Below, piece by piece: positions 12,114 through 26,095 of a stretch of DNA of 56,154 nt (its first letter is position 1; each line of letters opens with the position of its first letter). The DNA comes from Octopus bimaculoides (Eukaryota). Made by a program: the position numbers and the translations under genes. The notes beneath the pieces were generated by a model. That model ran no database searches, was not told the DNA's origin, and saw only the letters and a list, made by a program, of their open reading frames with translations. Where the stretch lies: the NCBI RefSeq assembly GCF_001194135.2, contig NC_068983.1, forward strand, positions 20,549,527 through 20,605,680, written 5' to 3'.

Positions 12114-12409
12114 CTGAGATTGAGAGAAAGAATCTTTCCATACGAAACCATGTTATGAGTGAAACAACATCTTGAATAAATCATGCAATAATTAAATGCA
12201 CACGTTGCCATAGGTAGGCGTATATAATATATATTCGACTATTACAAGCCATACGCGATATTCGGATACATAATGTAAAATTAACAATTAATTGGAGACG
12301 TAAAATATACATAGAAAACATATGCCCAGAAAAAAACCGCAGTCAAAGAGTAAAGATACGTTTAGTTTACAAGGAAATATACTGAGGAAAATTAACTAAT
12401 ACATACATA

Positions 12410-12431
12410 TAAGAGAGAGAGAAAGAGAGAG

Positions 12432-12480
<49 letters not shown>
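12410..12480. repeat. (GA)n microsatellite
   Basis: Read directly from the sequence. Confidence 0.95.
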
Positions 12481-12482
<2 letters not shown>

Positions 12483-15477
12483 TATATACTATCATAGACA
12501 ATTACATTTTAACGGGTAAACTTACGTATGCATACACGTATATACTCTGTCTTGTACACGTGCGCTGAAACATATACTCGGACACTCACATACGCATACA
12601 AATATATTACATACATTGGCACATGCAAACATATACATACAGATATACACACAATTACTCTGTTGCCCTTGCTCAGTCCCACCCCAGTCTGACTGACATC
12701 AATACTTTCTTACATTATGTACGTTTTCCTGTAGCCTTAAGCATACAAGACGACTGTCTAGCTACATTTATTTTAATTTAAATTTATACATTAAAGCCAT
12801 TTACATTTACTAACACTACAAAATTAGTTCAATTCGTAAACACTAAAGATAAACACATATGTTTCCACCATATCACGACGTGTATAGAAATACTCTGTCT
12901 CCACACAATGTACAGAAGCATATCTAAATGTATGTGCTTGTTTCTATCAGCGTACACATGCAGATGCGCGCGCTAACATACATACATGTATACATACATA
13001 AGTACGTACGCGCGAACGTACATACCGGAGGCAGATGGATATCGTCACTGCATTGACTCACGAGAACTATGGCAGATTCGTTTCGACTTTCGTGATGCTT
13101 GTGAAATCCGTGAAACCGATTGTCACCTACTAATCGTGTCACATTATACAGTAAATAATATATAAACTATTCACCGATACTGCCGAAGCTCGCCGAGCTA
13201 TAGCATAACAAAAAGACAGCATTAAATTAAAATAGCCATCTGTGTATCATATTAAATGTATCACGCCGTTAGAGGGCATGTTGCTGTGAAATTGCCTGAG
13301 ATAAGAAACCGCTTGATAACCTTGGGTGAAAAACATAAACAATTTGTGTCAGAGTGAAACAAACATTGTCATTGTAGTGACACACGAAAGTCCGATGAGT
13401 GTTTGTGTGTGTGTGTGTGTGTGTGTATGGATAGTGTTTTTAACGCATACGTATGAAGATATTTTATCTCAGGCAATTACTTGTTATCATGCATTCTAAC
13501 GGTGTTTACACATTTAGTATGATACACACAGGACAATTTTAATTTAAGAATGTTTCCCTTCCGGACACTGAATTTTACTTTGCATACTATGTACGAATAA
13601 GACAACTCAGGAGAACAAAATTTAATTCAGTTCACTATATTCCCAATGATATTTAGTTTCATCTCAGGTTTTCAGACTTGAATATTACCAGACAGATTTT
13701 CGGTTAAATCATATGAAACAGAATTTTCTCTGAATATGAAAAAGCTAAGTTATAAATTAACAATTGAAATTCGTCTTGGAGGCTCATCATTTCTTGGTTT
13801 TAGAGACAATAGCTATGTTGGCGGTGTCAGGGGCTTGTATATTTAATACAAGAACTGAGTATGTGCGGTTATGTGACATTGGGGAAGGTTGCACGCGGAT
13901 GTTTAGCTACGGGATATAAGAAGATAATTGCTCAGGGAAAAGGAAAGAGGAACGAGCACTATAGCGCAGATAAATTATGACAGACAACCGATGAAATATG
14001 TATATTCTTTATACCCCTCTCTCTCTCTCAATATATTTTCCAATTGCTTTCGAAAAACTGTTTATTCTAGTATAGCTAGTGTGGTTGTTAAAATTCCTAA
14101 CTGTGAAGCAATGACAACTTTGTATCTACGTATCTAACAGTGAGACGAGTTAGCATCAAATAAATTTTTAAAGTATAATATACACACAAGCAGAAATTCA
14201 TGTACACACAGATGTGCCCCCCCCCACACACACACACAAATATACACAAATATACACATATAGTGTGATAAAATAGAAGCGGTATAATATAATTAACTGG
14301 AAGCTGATGACATTTAAGTATCTTAGTGTCTATCAACAAAATAAGAAATCGTAAACATGTGTTATTAGTGTACGAACGCACGGACGCCTGCCCACACGCA
14401 GATATCCACTCATCGAGACACGTTTATATGTATAGTATATGGGGGAAACGATATAAATAAGAAAACAAACTTTGTCATCATCTGCCTAAACAATTGTGAG
14501 AGAAAATTGTCTCCTGGTCATGGTTTCTAGAGAAACTTTTAGTGTCTAAAACACAAGTAAATACGTTAAAATATATATTGATGAAATTTGATACCGTGGT
14601 CAAACATCATGTCATCACTATTCCGTCGTTATACTTAAACAAGCTTTAAAGTTATAGATGCTCAGATGAATCTATAAAGTGATATTCAAGCATTCAACTA
14701 CGAGTGCATTGCATCTTACAAGAGAAACAGCTGTAACCTAATGAAGTCCATATCATTATCGTTTGTTCCTTTGTGCCTTCTTCTATGTTTTATTGATCAA
14801 GAAAACATCACCACATCTCTGACACTGAAATGCGAGAAGCACACAGGGCGTTCAGAATCGCTTCAAATGCTTCACTATTGCCTTTGTATTTTTCTTCTTC
14901 ACATACTAGGACTCAACTACGTAGGCAGAAGTACATTTTTCTGCATTTGTGTTTTTACTTATTTCTGGGTCCCGAAACTACAGGAGATTGTTCTGTAATC
15001 CATATTTAGCATATTCGGGATAATTTATTTCGATATCTTGTCGAGTTCTTCATACGGCTGCTATTTGAATGGTTTGTAGAAAATCTTGTCATAGCATTTT
15101 AAAGCATAGCTATATGAAGTTCTATCATCGCCTCAGCTTCAATTCGATCTTAAGTTAAAAATTCACTGTCCCCCAGTGATTTTTTTTTGTCTGAAAAAAA
15201 AAATCAATAATTAAAAATATCTAAAACTGGCTCTTTTAATACTTTTTCCCGTCAAATTTATTTGTTTATGAGGATTATTTTAGTTGTTGTTCTTTTTGTC
15301 ATTACCTCTATTATTGATATTATGTATTAAATTCTTCGAAATAATTTGTTTTTGTACAAACTGATAATTTGAATACTCATTAAGTTTTGTTTATGGAGCA
15401 GTTTACCGAGCAGTTTGTTTTTGTGATGTCTTCTTGTTTTGTGCAATTTATTATCATGTTTGTATTTCTTCTGGTTC

Positions 15478-15560
15478 TTCACGTTGTGAGCTCAAATCCC
15501 GTCGAAGCCAACCTTGCCTATAATAATTTCGGTGTCGATAAAATTAAGCACCAGTTATTG
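15478..15560 (+). mobile_element. Family-B SINE fragment
   Basis: cacgttgtgagctcaaatcccgtcgaagccaaccttgcc...gtcgataaaattaagcaccagtt matches the family-B core. Confidence 0.7.
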
Positions 15561-15933
15561 TTGCTTTCATTTTTTATTATCTCCCTTGCATTTGTCTTTC
15601 AAGTCATAACAATTTATAAAATAAAAATTATGCTCATTTTTTTCCCTCTCTATTAAATAAAACATTATCCCAGATGCATCGTATCGGCAACAAAAGGAGT
15701 TTAGCCTCATTCTGAATCAGATTTTACGCACGACAACGTCACGCTCATGTTCAAACTTTAAATTGCATCTGAAAAATGCTGCCAGAACTACTAGTTGCTC
15801 AGGGAAGTCTCTCTTGCACAGTTAAAGATCAGTTGTACCCTAAAAATAAAACAGGATTACATAATTTCCGTCAAAAGAACGCAAGAAATACGAATCTAAT
15901 TTAATGTCTAAATCACACACACACACCACACAC

Positions 15934-16005
<72 letters not shown>

Positions 16006-16559
16006 CTTCCCAGTGTGTGTGAGCATGTGTATGGGTTTAGATGTGTTTTGTGAATGTCGGTGTTTACAACCTGGTGTGCAGCGACACACGCAAATATTAT
16101 TCATCATTGTGTCTGTTATGTAATGATGACGGCATCGATTTTCCTTCTAACAACTCCCAGACTGAAGAATGGTATTTACCAGTAATGATAAGAGAGTTGG
16201 ATTGACGATTTCAAGGTTAATGCTAACGTCTGTGTTTGACAGGACGTAGAAAGAAAACGATTTGTATACAAGCCAACATTCTAAAGCGTTTTCTTAACGT
16301 CGGCACCTAATCAATTTTTATTCTTATTCCTGGTCGATAATAGAAACCATTGGTGACTACTTAAAATTGTTGTTATCCACAATAGAATATATGTGTCCTG
16401 TGGAAAAATAATCAAAAGATTCTATCGGTAGACGTATCACGACAGCAATAATTATAACTTTTCAAAATCTTATTTTCCTTGAGTGCTTTGTCTGTGCTAC
16501 TAAGAACGAGCGTGGATCTGTGCAGCGTCAGTAGTTTAATGATTTGTTTCCGTTTTGTA

Positions 16560-19476
16560 TTTTATATTGTATTGGAACTACTCGAACTTCTATGTATGCA
16601 GTGCCTGGTAGCGATATTTTCTCTGTGACGCATAGTTGGAGGCTTTCTGGATTTGGTGATGCATTTGTCTCCAGACTTATTAATCACTTACGGCCACAAT
16701 AATTATGTAGATTGTTTCTGTCTTCAGTCCCGACATGTTGCTCTTCCAAATAGCTTCATTTTCGATAACTCCTCCGTATTTTTAGATGCTTCTTTTGTCC
16801 ATTGGTACTGATTCTTCAATTATGAGGAACGTCTGGCAGTCATTGACAACAATAGCCGTTCTTATTATCCCTGTGTGTATGAAATGGCATATCCTGCTTC
16901 GTTATGTTCTAAGACTCCTTTCGGTGTATGTTTATACCATCTTTTGGCATTCCACAGTATGCATCTATCTTCTTTGTCATAGCGGTAGAGATATTCATTT
17001 CTGTCTAAGACAGCAAAACCAAAAGGAATGTCGTTAATTGTTTCTTTCTCTATATCCATACATTTTATGGCTACTTAATATCTGCTTCATTGAATGCTTT
17101 TGGTATCTTCTTCTGGGTAAGCTTGCATCCTTTGTCGCAATGTAAGACTCTGTGAATTTTATCTTTGAATCATGTTTTTAGTATTTCTTTACCTTTCTTT
17201 TTGCATTATCTATTTTTTTGTTATATGCTTTCAGGCATGTTTTATTAACTTTCTTTTTCCGTCAGCAGTGCCCCCTTTACTAACTTTGATGAAGACATAT
17301 AACTATTTTGTTTATTTTGTCTTCTGTGGCTATTTGTATTTCGTTACTATTGCTTATCGTTTGCACTCCTACATTAAATGTTACAGAATAGTTTCTAATT
17401 AGATAATACTCATCCCTTTCTGAATTCTGGTTAAATAAAATGTTTGTGTCAGATTTTGCGTGATATATTCTAAACTTAGTCATTAATTTTCTTGCTTTTC
17501 TGTCTAGTCATGCTTATTCATTTAGTGACCAGTTTATAACAGTATAAATATAACTAATTACTTGCATTTAGCTCAGTTTTATATATCAATGTTGTGTATC
17601 TATATTTATACCTAAATGTTTATCTTTGTTGGGGTTGTATCCTACTTCATTGGTTCTTGGCTATTTTTAAATCTGTGTTTCGTAGAAATGTTTCTGTCTT
17701 CGTCTGACATGATATTAGTGCTTCTAATTCTTCTGTCTGTGACACTTTTTTTTTCTAGTCCGAAACTACTATTAAATTTGTATGCTGTCCGTATCAGTGT
17801 TTCTCGTTGTAAAGCACCTGTAACGTATACATTTGTTTGTCTTCCTTTAGCGTTTGCAACCGCGTCCAATTTCTTTCAATATATTGATTACAGATGTCAA
17901 AAGCAAACAGAAATGAGTGATGAGTGAAGTGATAATTGATATAGATATTAGTTTTATGAGTTCCTGTCTTGTACGTATTTAGGGAGCTGCTTCTCATTTA
18001 CTCATTAATGGTACTAATTTACTGAAGCTTAATGTTTCCAGAATCAACTTCTGGAGGCTACTGCCGAACTCCTTTTGTTAGTCAATACAATTCTACACTA
18101 ACACCCTTCCTTATTATTTTACAATTCTCAGGTGTTGTTTTCGGTTTCTTTTATAACTTCCTGCACATTTAGCTACTATTTTATGTGTTTCTGTTAAATA
18201 CTTTAGCTTGATACAGGATTTTATTATTCCTTAATGTTTACTTTCAGTTTGTTTTCGTAACATCTGGGATACATTCTCGTTGATATGGCATTTCACGTTT
18301 ATTCAGGTGCTGTATATTTTCAAAATTCACTTCCTTCACTGCGTAGACTCCTCTGCAGAATTCTCTTACTTTCCTTAGTGCTGATGCTGTATTGATTTCT
18401 ATTTTACTTTTCTAATTCTTTCTAAAATAGTTTTTGGTTTGAGTCGAGCTACTTGTTTTGTTCAAAGAATCTTTGATGCTTTAATGAGCATAACTTGTTT
18501 CTGCAGTTCTTTGATTTATAACAGTTTTTTTTTGGCAATTATATTTGTGTAGTATTTTTTTCTCTTTATTGTTTCTCACTGGTGTCTTTTCGTTATTGAT
18601 TTCATTAATGATTGGGGAGATATTTTCACTCATTGTTTATGTTTTTCTTTGTTTCACGTGTTGTTTGCATCATTTTTGATATTTCATTATGAGTAGATAT
18701 GATGGGTACCTACTTTTCCTTAAGATTACTGCAGCTGTTTTATATATAATTTCGGATAACCTAGCATTATTCGTTTTCTTGCTTGTTGCCATAATACCTA
18801 CTACAGCAAAATTTTAATTTCATTGTAGATATTTTGTACGGGTTACGTTGTTAAATCCCCATAAAGATCTAGCTAGTAACTTTTAATTCTTTAATTATTT
18901 CTTCATTTACATTGTCATGTTCCTGACTTCTATATTTAGAATTGCCTATTCGACTTTAACAATGTTCTGTCTTGTTTGTATTATTCTACACCCGATTTTA
19001 TTACTCAGTATTTTATAAGTCTTGATGTTATGTTTTCCTATTCGTCTTTGAATATTTTCGCATTTTATGCCAACATTTTATGTGGTTTACGTTCTCAGTG
19101 GTTTTATATATCGTATTGAATTGAAACTTTCTTTCAGACTTGTATTGTATGACTTGTTTTTATGTATTTCTAAGTGGTCTATTTTAATCACTCGTATCTT
19201 TTAGTGCTTAGGAATGTATCTCTTTAAGTTAGCTAGTACTTTAGGAGTTGATGTTGGTTTGCATTAGAGGTATATTATATTCATAACTTAAACACAGACA
19301 TCACAATTTCGTTTTTCTTGTAGAGTGCGTTTGTAAAACGTGCATCAAAAATGGAACCATATTACTCTTGAGCACTCTTTGAGATGTGAAGTCTATATTT
19401 AATGTATAATCTTTTGTTACTAGCGCATGTTTATGGATGTGTCTCTTGTAGCTTTCTACCCGAAAGGAATGTGTTT
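16560..19476 (-). mobile_element. Decayed non-LTR retrotransposon with a restriction-like endonuclease (R4/Dong/NeSL type), 5' end lost in an N-gap
   Basis: Minus-strand frames give, in the expected order, KGVRQ, FGLEK (RT), KETINDIPFGFAVLDRNEYLYRYDKEDRCILW (decayed CCHC zinc knuckle) and WYKHTPKGVLEH. They continue with RTAIVVNDCQTFLIIEESVPMDK..KY..TETIYIIIVA (PD-(D/E)xK RLE) and EKISLPGTAYIEVRVV (QK..LLGTA.ILR.VL C-terminus). The upstream boundary is approximate. Confidence 0.75.
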
Positions 19477-20026
19477 NNNNNNNNNNNNNNNNNNNNNNNN
19501 NNNNNNNNNNNNNNNNNNNNNNNNNNNNNNNNNNNNNNNNNNNNNNNNNNNNNNNNNNNNNNNNNNNNNNNNNNNNNNNNNNNNNNNNNNNNNNNNNNNN
19601 NNNNNNNNNNNNNNNNNNNNNNNNNNNNNNNNNNNNNNNNNNNNNNNNNNNNNNNNNNNNNNNNNNNNNNNNNNNNNNNNNNNNNNNNNNNNNNNNNNNN
19701 NNNNNNNNNNNNNNNNNNNNNNNNNNNNNNNNNNNNNNNNNNNNNNNNNNNNNNNNNNNNNNNNNNNNNNNNNNNNNNNNNNNNNNNNNNNNNNNNNNNN
19801 NNNNNNNNNNNNNNNNNNNNNNNNNNNNNNNNNNNNNNNNNNNNNNNNNNNNNNNNNNNNNNNNNNNNNNNNNNNNNNNNNNNNNNNNNNNNNNNNNNNN
19901 NNNNNNNNNNNNNNNNNNNNNNNNNNNNNNNNNNNNNNNNNNNNNNNNNNNNNNNNNNNNNNNNNNNNNNNNNNNNNNNNNNNNNNNNNNNNNNNNNNNN
20001 NNNNNNNNNNNNNNNNNNNNNNNNNN

Positions 20027-20063
<37 letters not shown>

Positions 20064-20657
20064 AGCACTGAGAATCTTTCAGATGGTTTATTTTTGAAGA
20101 TTTAACCCGTCTCACAGTTTGTTTTTATCTACAATAGTTAAGCAAGATAGGATAACGTGGGACTAAGCAGCAACTATCTCGTCTCGGTCTAGAGTTCTAA
20201 AGTTCTCTTGTTTTTATGGAGACAACATAGCTGAAGTTCATATTTACTAATCAAAGTGTATCCTAAACATGATTATTTGAGCCTTTCTCGCTCCATAGAA
20301 AAAAAAATACACGCAATCCAGCTACACTAACTTATATATACACACACACATATGCAAACATGAATGTATATAACTATATTCACTTGTATATGAGGATATA
20401 AATGTCTATAGTTCCACATTTACGCACACGCACTCGCACACATACATATTTGTATGTGCATGTGTATTGGTGTATGCTTGAATCTCTAACTGAATGTATC
20501 ACTATATATATATAAAATTAAATTATAATATAGGGTATCTAAGAGATACCGCCACGCTGAAAATAGCAGTCAAATCTTGACTCTAAACCACAATAAATGT
20601 TCATATAGCACAAAGAGTGAAGACGAAGATAAAATAAACTAGTAAAAATACTGGATA

Positions 20658-20716
20658 ATTCCAGATCCCGGATTTCTGACTTTGCATAATAAATGCTTTG
20701 CCTTCATCAGTGGAAT
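20658..20716 (-). ncRNA. Type I hammerhead ribozyme-like motif in a Penelope-like relic
   Basis: The RNA reads AUUCCA-CUGAUGA-A-GGC aaa GCAU uuauu AUGC aaa GUC-a-GAA-AUC cgg GAU-C-UGGAAU. It has a 6-bp stem I, a 3-bp stem III, an AUC cleavage triplet and a non-canonical extra A before GAAA. Confidence 0.55.
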
Positions 20717-20991
20717 ATACTCAGAAAAGCACATAAATACAAATATATATATATAAACATACAATATGCTTACATATACGAACGTATACATACATATATA
20801 TGCACGTATGCNNNNNNNNNNNNNNNNNNNNNNNNNNNNNNNNNNNNNNNNNNNNNNNNNNNNNNNNNNNNNNNNNNNNNNNNNNNNNNNNNNNNNNNNN
20901 NNNNNNNNNNNNNNNNNNNNNNNNNNNNNNNNNNNNNNNNNNNNNNNNNNNNNNNNNNNNNNNNGATAAGATCGATAAGATCTTATCCTTA

Positions 20992-21081
<90 letters not shown>

Positions 21082-21529
21082 TATGTATGTTTTTGTGTAT
21101 GTGGTTGTGTGTAAAATAGTCTATTATATATATAATATATCATATTATATATCTATGTGCGCATACATTTGCATGTATATGTATAAAATGTGTGTGTGTG
21201 TGTGTTTCAATTACTCCTTAGCACTTTAGTCGATTATTAAGAATTCTAAACTGAATGAAATCCACGTCCTCCTTAATCTCAACGACTTGCTATTTCCTTT
21301 CTATAATTATCACCTTCACATAATAGACAGCTGCCAGTTTCTTTTACTGTATATTCAGAAAGCTTGCAGTTGGTGCTGAACCAATAATTATCAGTGCTTT
21401 AACTTCGATTCCGATGTTACGTGTTAACAAACATAGTAAGCAGTGTTATTTTGGAATGACTCTATGTTACATGCCGAACAAATTATGATTTAGTCGTGGG
21501 AAGCATTGAGTCTAAATACAATATTGGAA

Positions 21530-21608
21530 CCACCACCACCATCATTATTATTATTATTATCATTATTATTATTATTATCATTATTATTATTATTATTATT
21601 ATAATTAC

Positions 21609-21648
<40 letters not shown>
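21530..21648. repeat. Compound (CAC)(ATT/ATC)n(AGT)n microsatellite
   Basis: Read directly from the sequence. Confidence 0.95.
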
Positions 21649-21649
<1 letters not shown>

Positions 21650-22419
21650 TATAAATTAACAGTAAAATCATCAAAAATTGTTAATGGCTAGGTGCTAACT
21701 TATACATTTCTGGATGTAAGCCTCTGACCAGTTATTAAGTTTAGTATTTACATATTTTCTTATTGATGATGATGATGATGATGCTGTTGTTGTTGTTGTT
21801 TAATCCCCATTCTGTACTGACCAGCAAAACGTATGTTCAACTGTATTCTTCACATTACCAATATTTATTATCAATATTTGTTAATTACTTTCAATATAAT
21901 TAAGCAGCGTAATACATATGCTATAAATATTTTTTCTTTTTTTTTGGATCTGTTATCTTCCACTTTCCATTTACACACAAATTATTTCCTTCACACAGTT
22001 AAACATTTGGAACTTATAATTATACCGTAATATGTGAATTAAATGTGCATTTCTCTTTGGTGTAAAATTATATTAATTTTTCAACGCTGATCCCTAAGTT
22101 CGTACTCAATACCAAAGTTTGAATCCACGTTACAAGCGCTAGAAACGCAAGCATGCGCACACATGAACATATGCACAAACAGGCACACTCACAGACATGT
22201 GTTTATGCGTGTGTGTGTGTGTGTAATTCGTATGGATTGCATCAAGGATATATACTGTATTCCTAATCCAGTTACGCTTCTAAATATTGATAGTATATTC
22301 CATATTGCAATATGAAAATTGGTTGTGCTTCTTGTTATACACACACACACACACACACATATATACATATGTATATATTCATATATATATAATACATATA
22401 TATATAATGCATATATATA

Positions 22420-22519
<100 letters not shown>

Positions 22520-24469
22520 AATAATATATAATTATATGCATATATCCATACATATATGTACATACCGACATCTGTATGTATACATACAAGCGTATATGGG
22601 TACAGGACATCACAAAAAAAGAAAGCGTTAAACAATGAGAAACGAAAACATAAAGACGCGGACAGAAAACGAACTTTTTTTCGAAGAACGAAAAAAAAAC
22701 AAACAAACAGAGAAACGAGACATGCAACATAAAGAATACACTCACACACACATATACATATACACACATACACTCACGCACACATATACATTCAAACACA
22801 TACACTCACACACATCGTATTTGTTATATATCCGATCAATGGTACAAATACTGATGGAGCAACTCAAAACTTCGATTAGAATCGTGTATATAATAAATTT
22901 CGAAGCGACCGGTTCGAATGAACCATTAGTTGGCAGCTGAGTCGAAAGACTTACGGTATTACCTGTTGCATACCACCTACGACGCACACCTCGTTATCAT
23001 AGACCAAGGTAGACCAGTCACATTTAGGTGAGCAGTGGTTTTTACTTTAACGATTGATAATCTTTCATTTGTACGACGTTCAACCAGAGATTGTGTCCAT
23101 CGTATCAGAATACATGTAATTGAAAATAGCTAGACGCATTATGGCAATACATCACTCTCAGAAAGAAAATATACTAACAGTAGATTTGAATTCGGGCTCC
23201 AATCATATCGAAGTAAACATCATGAATTGTCATAAAATTATTTCTGTTTATTTGGTTTTTCTCAATTTTTTTTTTAGTCATGTGAGGTTATAGAATTAAT
23301 AAGTTGATATAATCATGCTCTCGTTAATTCCTCTACTTTCGATATTTGCCATAGTTTATTGTTTATCGACTCGAAATAATGAGCAAGTAATAATAATAAT
23401 AGCCAGTAGCAATTTTATTTGTCTGTGTTCTACTCAGAGTCTATTACTAACACTTGCAGAAACGGAGAAATAGAAATTTTAGATATTACAGAACTATTTG
23501 TTATAGTAAACACGTTGTTTATAGTTCAATTTATTGTCATCAGCAAAATCCAAAGATCACTGTTGCTAGATATTGGTTACTTTTCCTGAAAATTATTCGG
23601 TCCGTCTGATATTATTGGATTGTATGCTTCTATAATTAGTTTCTCTCTCATTCTCCCCCCTCTCTCTTTCTTTCTTTCCCTCTCTCTCATAAGATATAGT
23701 AGTGTTCCTCATTGTTTTTGTCGGAAACGAGAAAGTATTTCGATATATATATTTCGCCAGTGATTATGGTGATATTTATAATTGCCATGTTTGATGTGAG
23801 TGACCTTTCACTTTTTATATATTAATATTCTAGTATGTTTACTATAATTACTGCATCAAACTATCTTTACGTGTATTCAATGGTAATTCAATATTACCAT
23901 TCTTGGTTATATATAATATATAGCTAAATAGATTCCAAATCACATGCCATATTTCACTGAAATAATATATTGTTCAATAAGACTTTTGCAGAGATGTGTA
24001 TATATCTCATGCTAACATCAGGTATTTTTTATCAATATGTATATTATTCTTGAAACCTGAGTAGAATGGACTCCGTTCAACCAAGAATGTTTAATATACG
24101 CATTAAGAACTAACAAATATATACTTAACAAGAAAACGTATTCACTGAGAAAATTAACATATCGTTTACGTTCAGTCTGAAGAAAATGAGATTCGTATAA
24201 CTATAGTATTCTAAATATATACATAGTCTAAATGTCTTTTATTGATCTAAAATCTTTTGCTTTTAATGTTTCGTTTCTAATGTCAAATGTCCGTAGACAT
24301 ATCATATAATGTTTAGATATTGAAAGACTTCAGCCAAACAGGTAGTAAAACTGAATATCAGCATGATATGCTATTTTAAAATAACTGGGATAGAGATAGA
24401 TAGTTTTGCATAAACGTCTGCTCAAATAAATAATGATAATGTTAAGTATAACAACATTGAGACACCAGG

Positions 24470-24540
24470 CATTTGGCAACCAAATGCAGCATTTGGCGTA
24501 CAAAAGTAACATTTGGCACAAAAATGTAATATTTGGCAAC
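24470..24540. repeat. 20-bp period repeat with core catttggca, x4
   Basis: atttggcaac caaatgcagc / atttggcgta caaaagtaac / atttggcaca aaaatgtaat / atttggcaac. Confidence 0.85.
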
Positions 24541-24900
24541 TGGTCAGTGGTTTTATCCTTAGGCCCTCCTAAGTTGCTACCATAAGTTTTCATTTTCAAA
24601 TTACGACATTCATATAAATATAAATTATTCACATCTTCTGATAGTAATAGAGGCGTAAGTTGCCTACTGGGTGTTTTGTAGGCAAGCAAATAATCTTTGC
24701 CATATTTACTTTACTTTTTGCTTGAGCCTCCGATTCCATTGTGACCCCAAATAAATAGACTAAATGAAATAACTATTTCAACATATTTTATGGCTCTGCA
24801 GTGCCAGGTATCCGAGGGATATATTTGCCTGATTTTGTATATTATTTACATGTATATAAGTATGTGTATAGATGCACTAATACACACACGCACAATCAGT

Positions 24901-24949
<49 letters not shown>

Positions 24950-25218
24950 ACACACACACACACACATACACACACACACACACATACACGCACTTACATA
25001 TACATATATGACATATATACACAAACACATATATATGTGCGTATGTATGAATGTGTGGGTATGTCTTAGTATTTTGTTCGTATAACTTAGTCATACGTAT
25101 AAAAGTCGAGCTGGAATTTTTTTTATTTCGTGAATGATGATTTGTGAGTTCAAATCTTGCAAGCACCTGCTTAAATTTCAACAGACTTTAAGTAAATAAA
25201 AACTTCTATACACTAACA

Positions 25219-25403
25219 CAGTGCTCCACAATCGGTATGCCGCGGCACACTGTTATGCCACGAGAGGATTCCAGGTGTGCCGCAGTGCAACCTGAATATA
25301 TTTTTTCCTTTATACTTTTAGTTATAGTTTCAGTTCAGGTGTGCCGCCCAATTTTGAAAAGAATACATGTGTGCCGCAAGTGAAAAACGGCTGCGGAGCA
25401 CTG
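25219..25403. mobile_element. hAT (Charlie-like) MITE, 185 bp
   Basis: TIRs are cagtgctccacaa and ctgcggagcactg. Subterminal gtgtgccgc motifs occur several times. The 8-bp flanks cactaaca and tactataa are only partly alike. Confidence 0.8.
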
Positions 25404-25889
25404 TACTATAACAAAATCTGTTATATTGACGCATGGCCATTCAATTGAAGGTAAGAAGCAGCTGGCCAGTCAACCGACATCTTGTCACATGTACGAAGTG
25501 GATCTATTCTGGATCTATGGAAGGTAAAGTCTAGTCTGGCAAGATAGATATTGGGAACATTAGAGATTTATCAGAAAACTATTAGGAACTTTGCGTAACA
25601 TTTTACCGATTCTAATGTTATCTTACATTCAGCTTTTTAAAAATAATTTAAGGCGAAATGTAATAATTATTTCGGCATGTAACATGAGGACAACATTTGA
25701 GAAGTTAATCGATCACATCGACTCCAGTATACGAGTGATATTTGATTTTATCGACCCCAATATGTGGTATTTGAATTCGAAACATAATGAGCCGGAAGGA
25801 ATATTTCTAAGCATTTTTCCTTTTTTTGTTTTTGTGCTAACGATTCTGTTGGTCGTCACCTTTCAGGTGATTTGTAAACACTCTTTCTA

Positions 25890-26095
25890 TTATAGGGACA
25901 AGGCCTAAAAATTCAAGGGAGAAGGGTAACCAGTTATATCAACCTTAGTGTATGACTGGTACTTATTATATTGTCATTGGATAGATGAAAGCACTGTCGA
26001 TCTCAGCAAATTTGGAACATAGGAGAGAAAGTCAGTAAAAATGCTGATATGCATTTCGTCCAGCTTGGTAACGATTATGCCAGATCGTTACCCTC
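25890..26095 (-). mobile_element. Old family-B SINE
   Basis: actggtacttatt...gatgaaagcactgtcgatctcagc...atgcatttcgtcc...aacgattatgccag is a diverged reverse complement of family B. Confidence 0.55.

Noticed and set aside
13026-13126. Minus-strand frame GDNRFHGFHKHHESRNESAIVLVSQCSDDIHLPP with donor ccg|gtatgt
   Set aside because: The acceptor lacks a pyrimidine tract, and its phase does not connect to the 28045 exon.
14741-14998. ORF MKSISLSFVPLCLLLCF... resembling a signal peptide
   Set aside because: Hydrophobic T-rich codons are common in AT-rich DNA. There is no homology, and the antisense frames are interrupted by stops.
16150-16200. HHR-like ctgaaga-a-tggtatttacca-gtaa
   Set aside because: GAAA is mutated and stem I does not pair adjacent to the core.
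24470-24540. Repeat-spacer periodicity suggestive of a CRISPR array
   Set aside because: The context is eukaryotic, the 9-10 bp repeats and 10-bp related spacers are far too short, and there are no cas genes.
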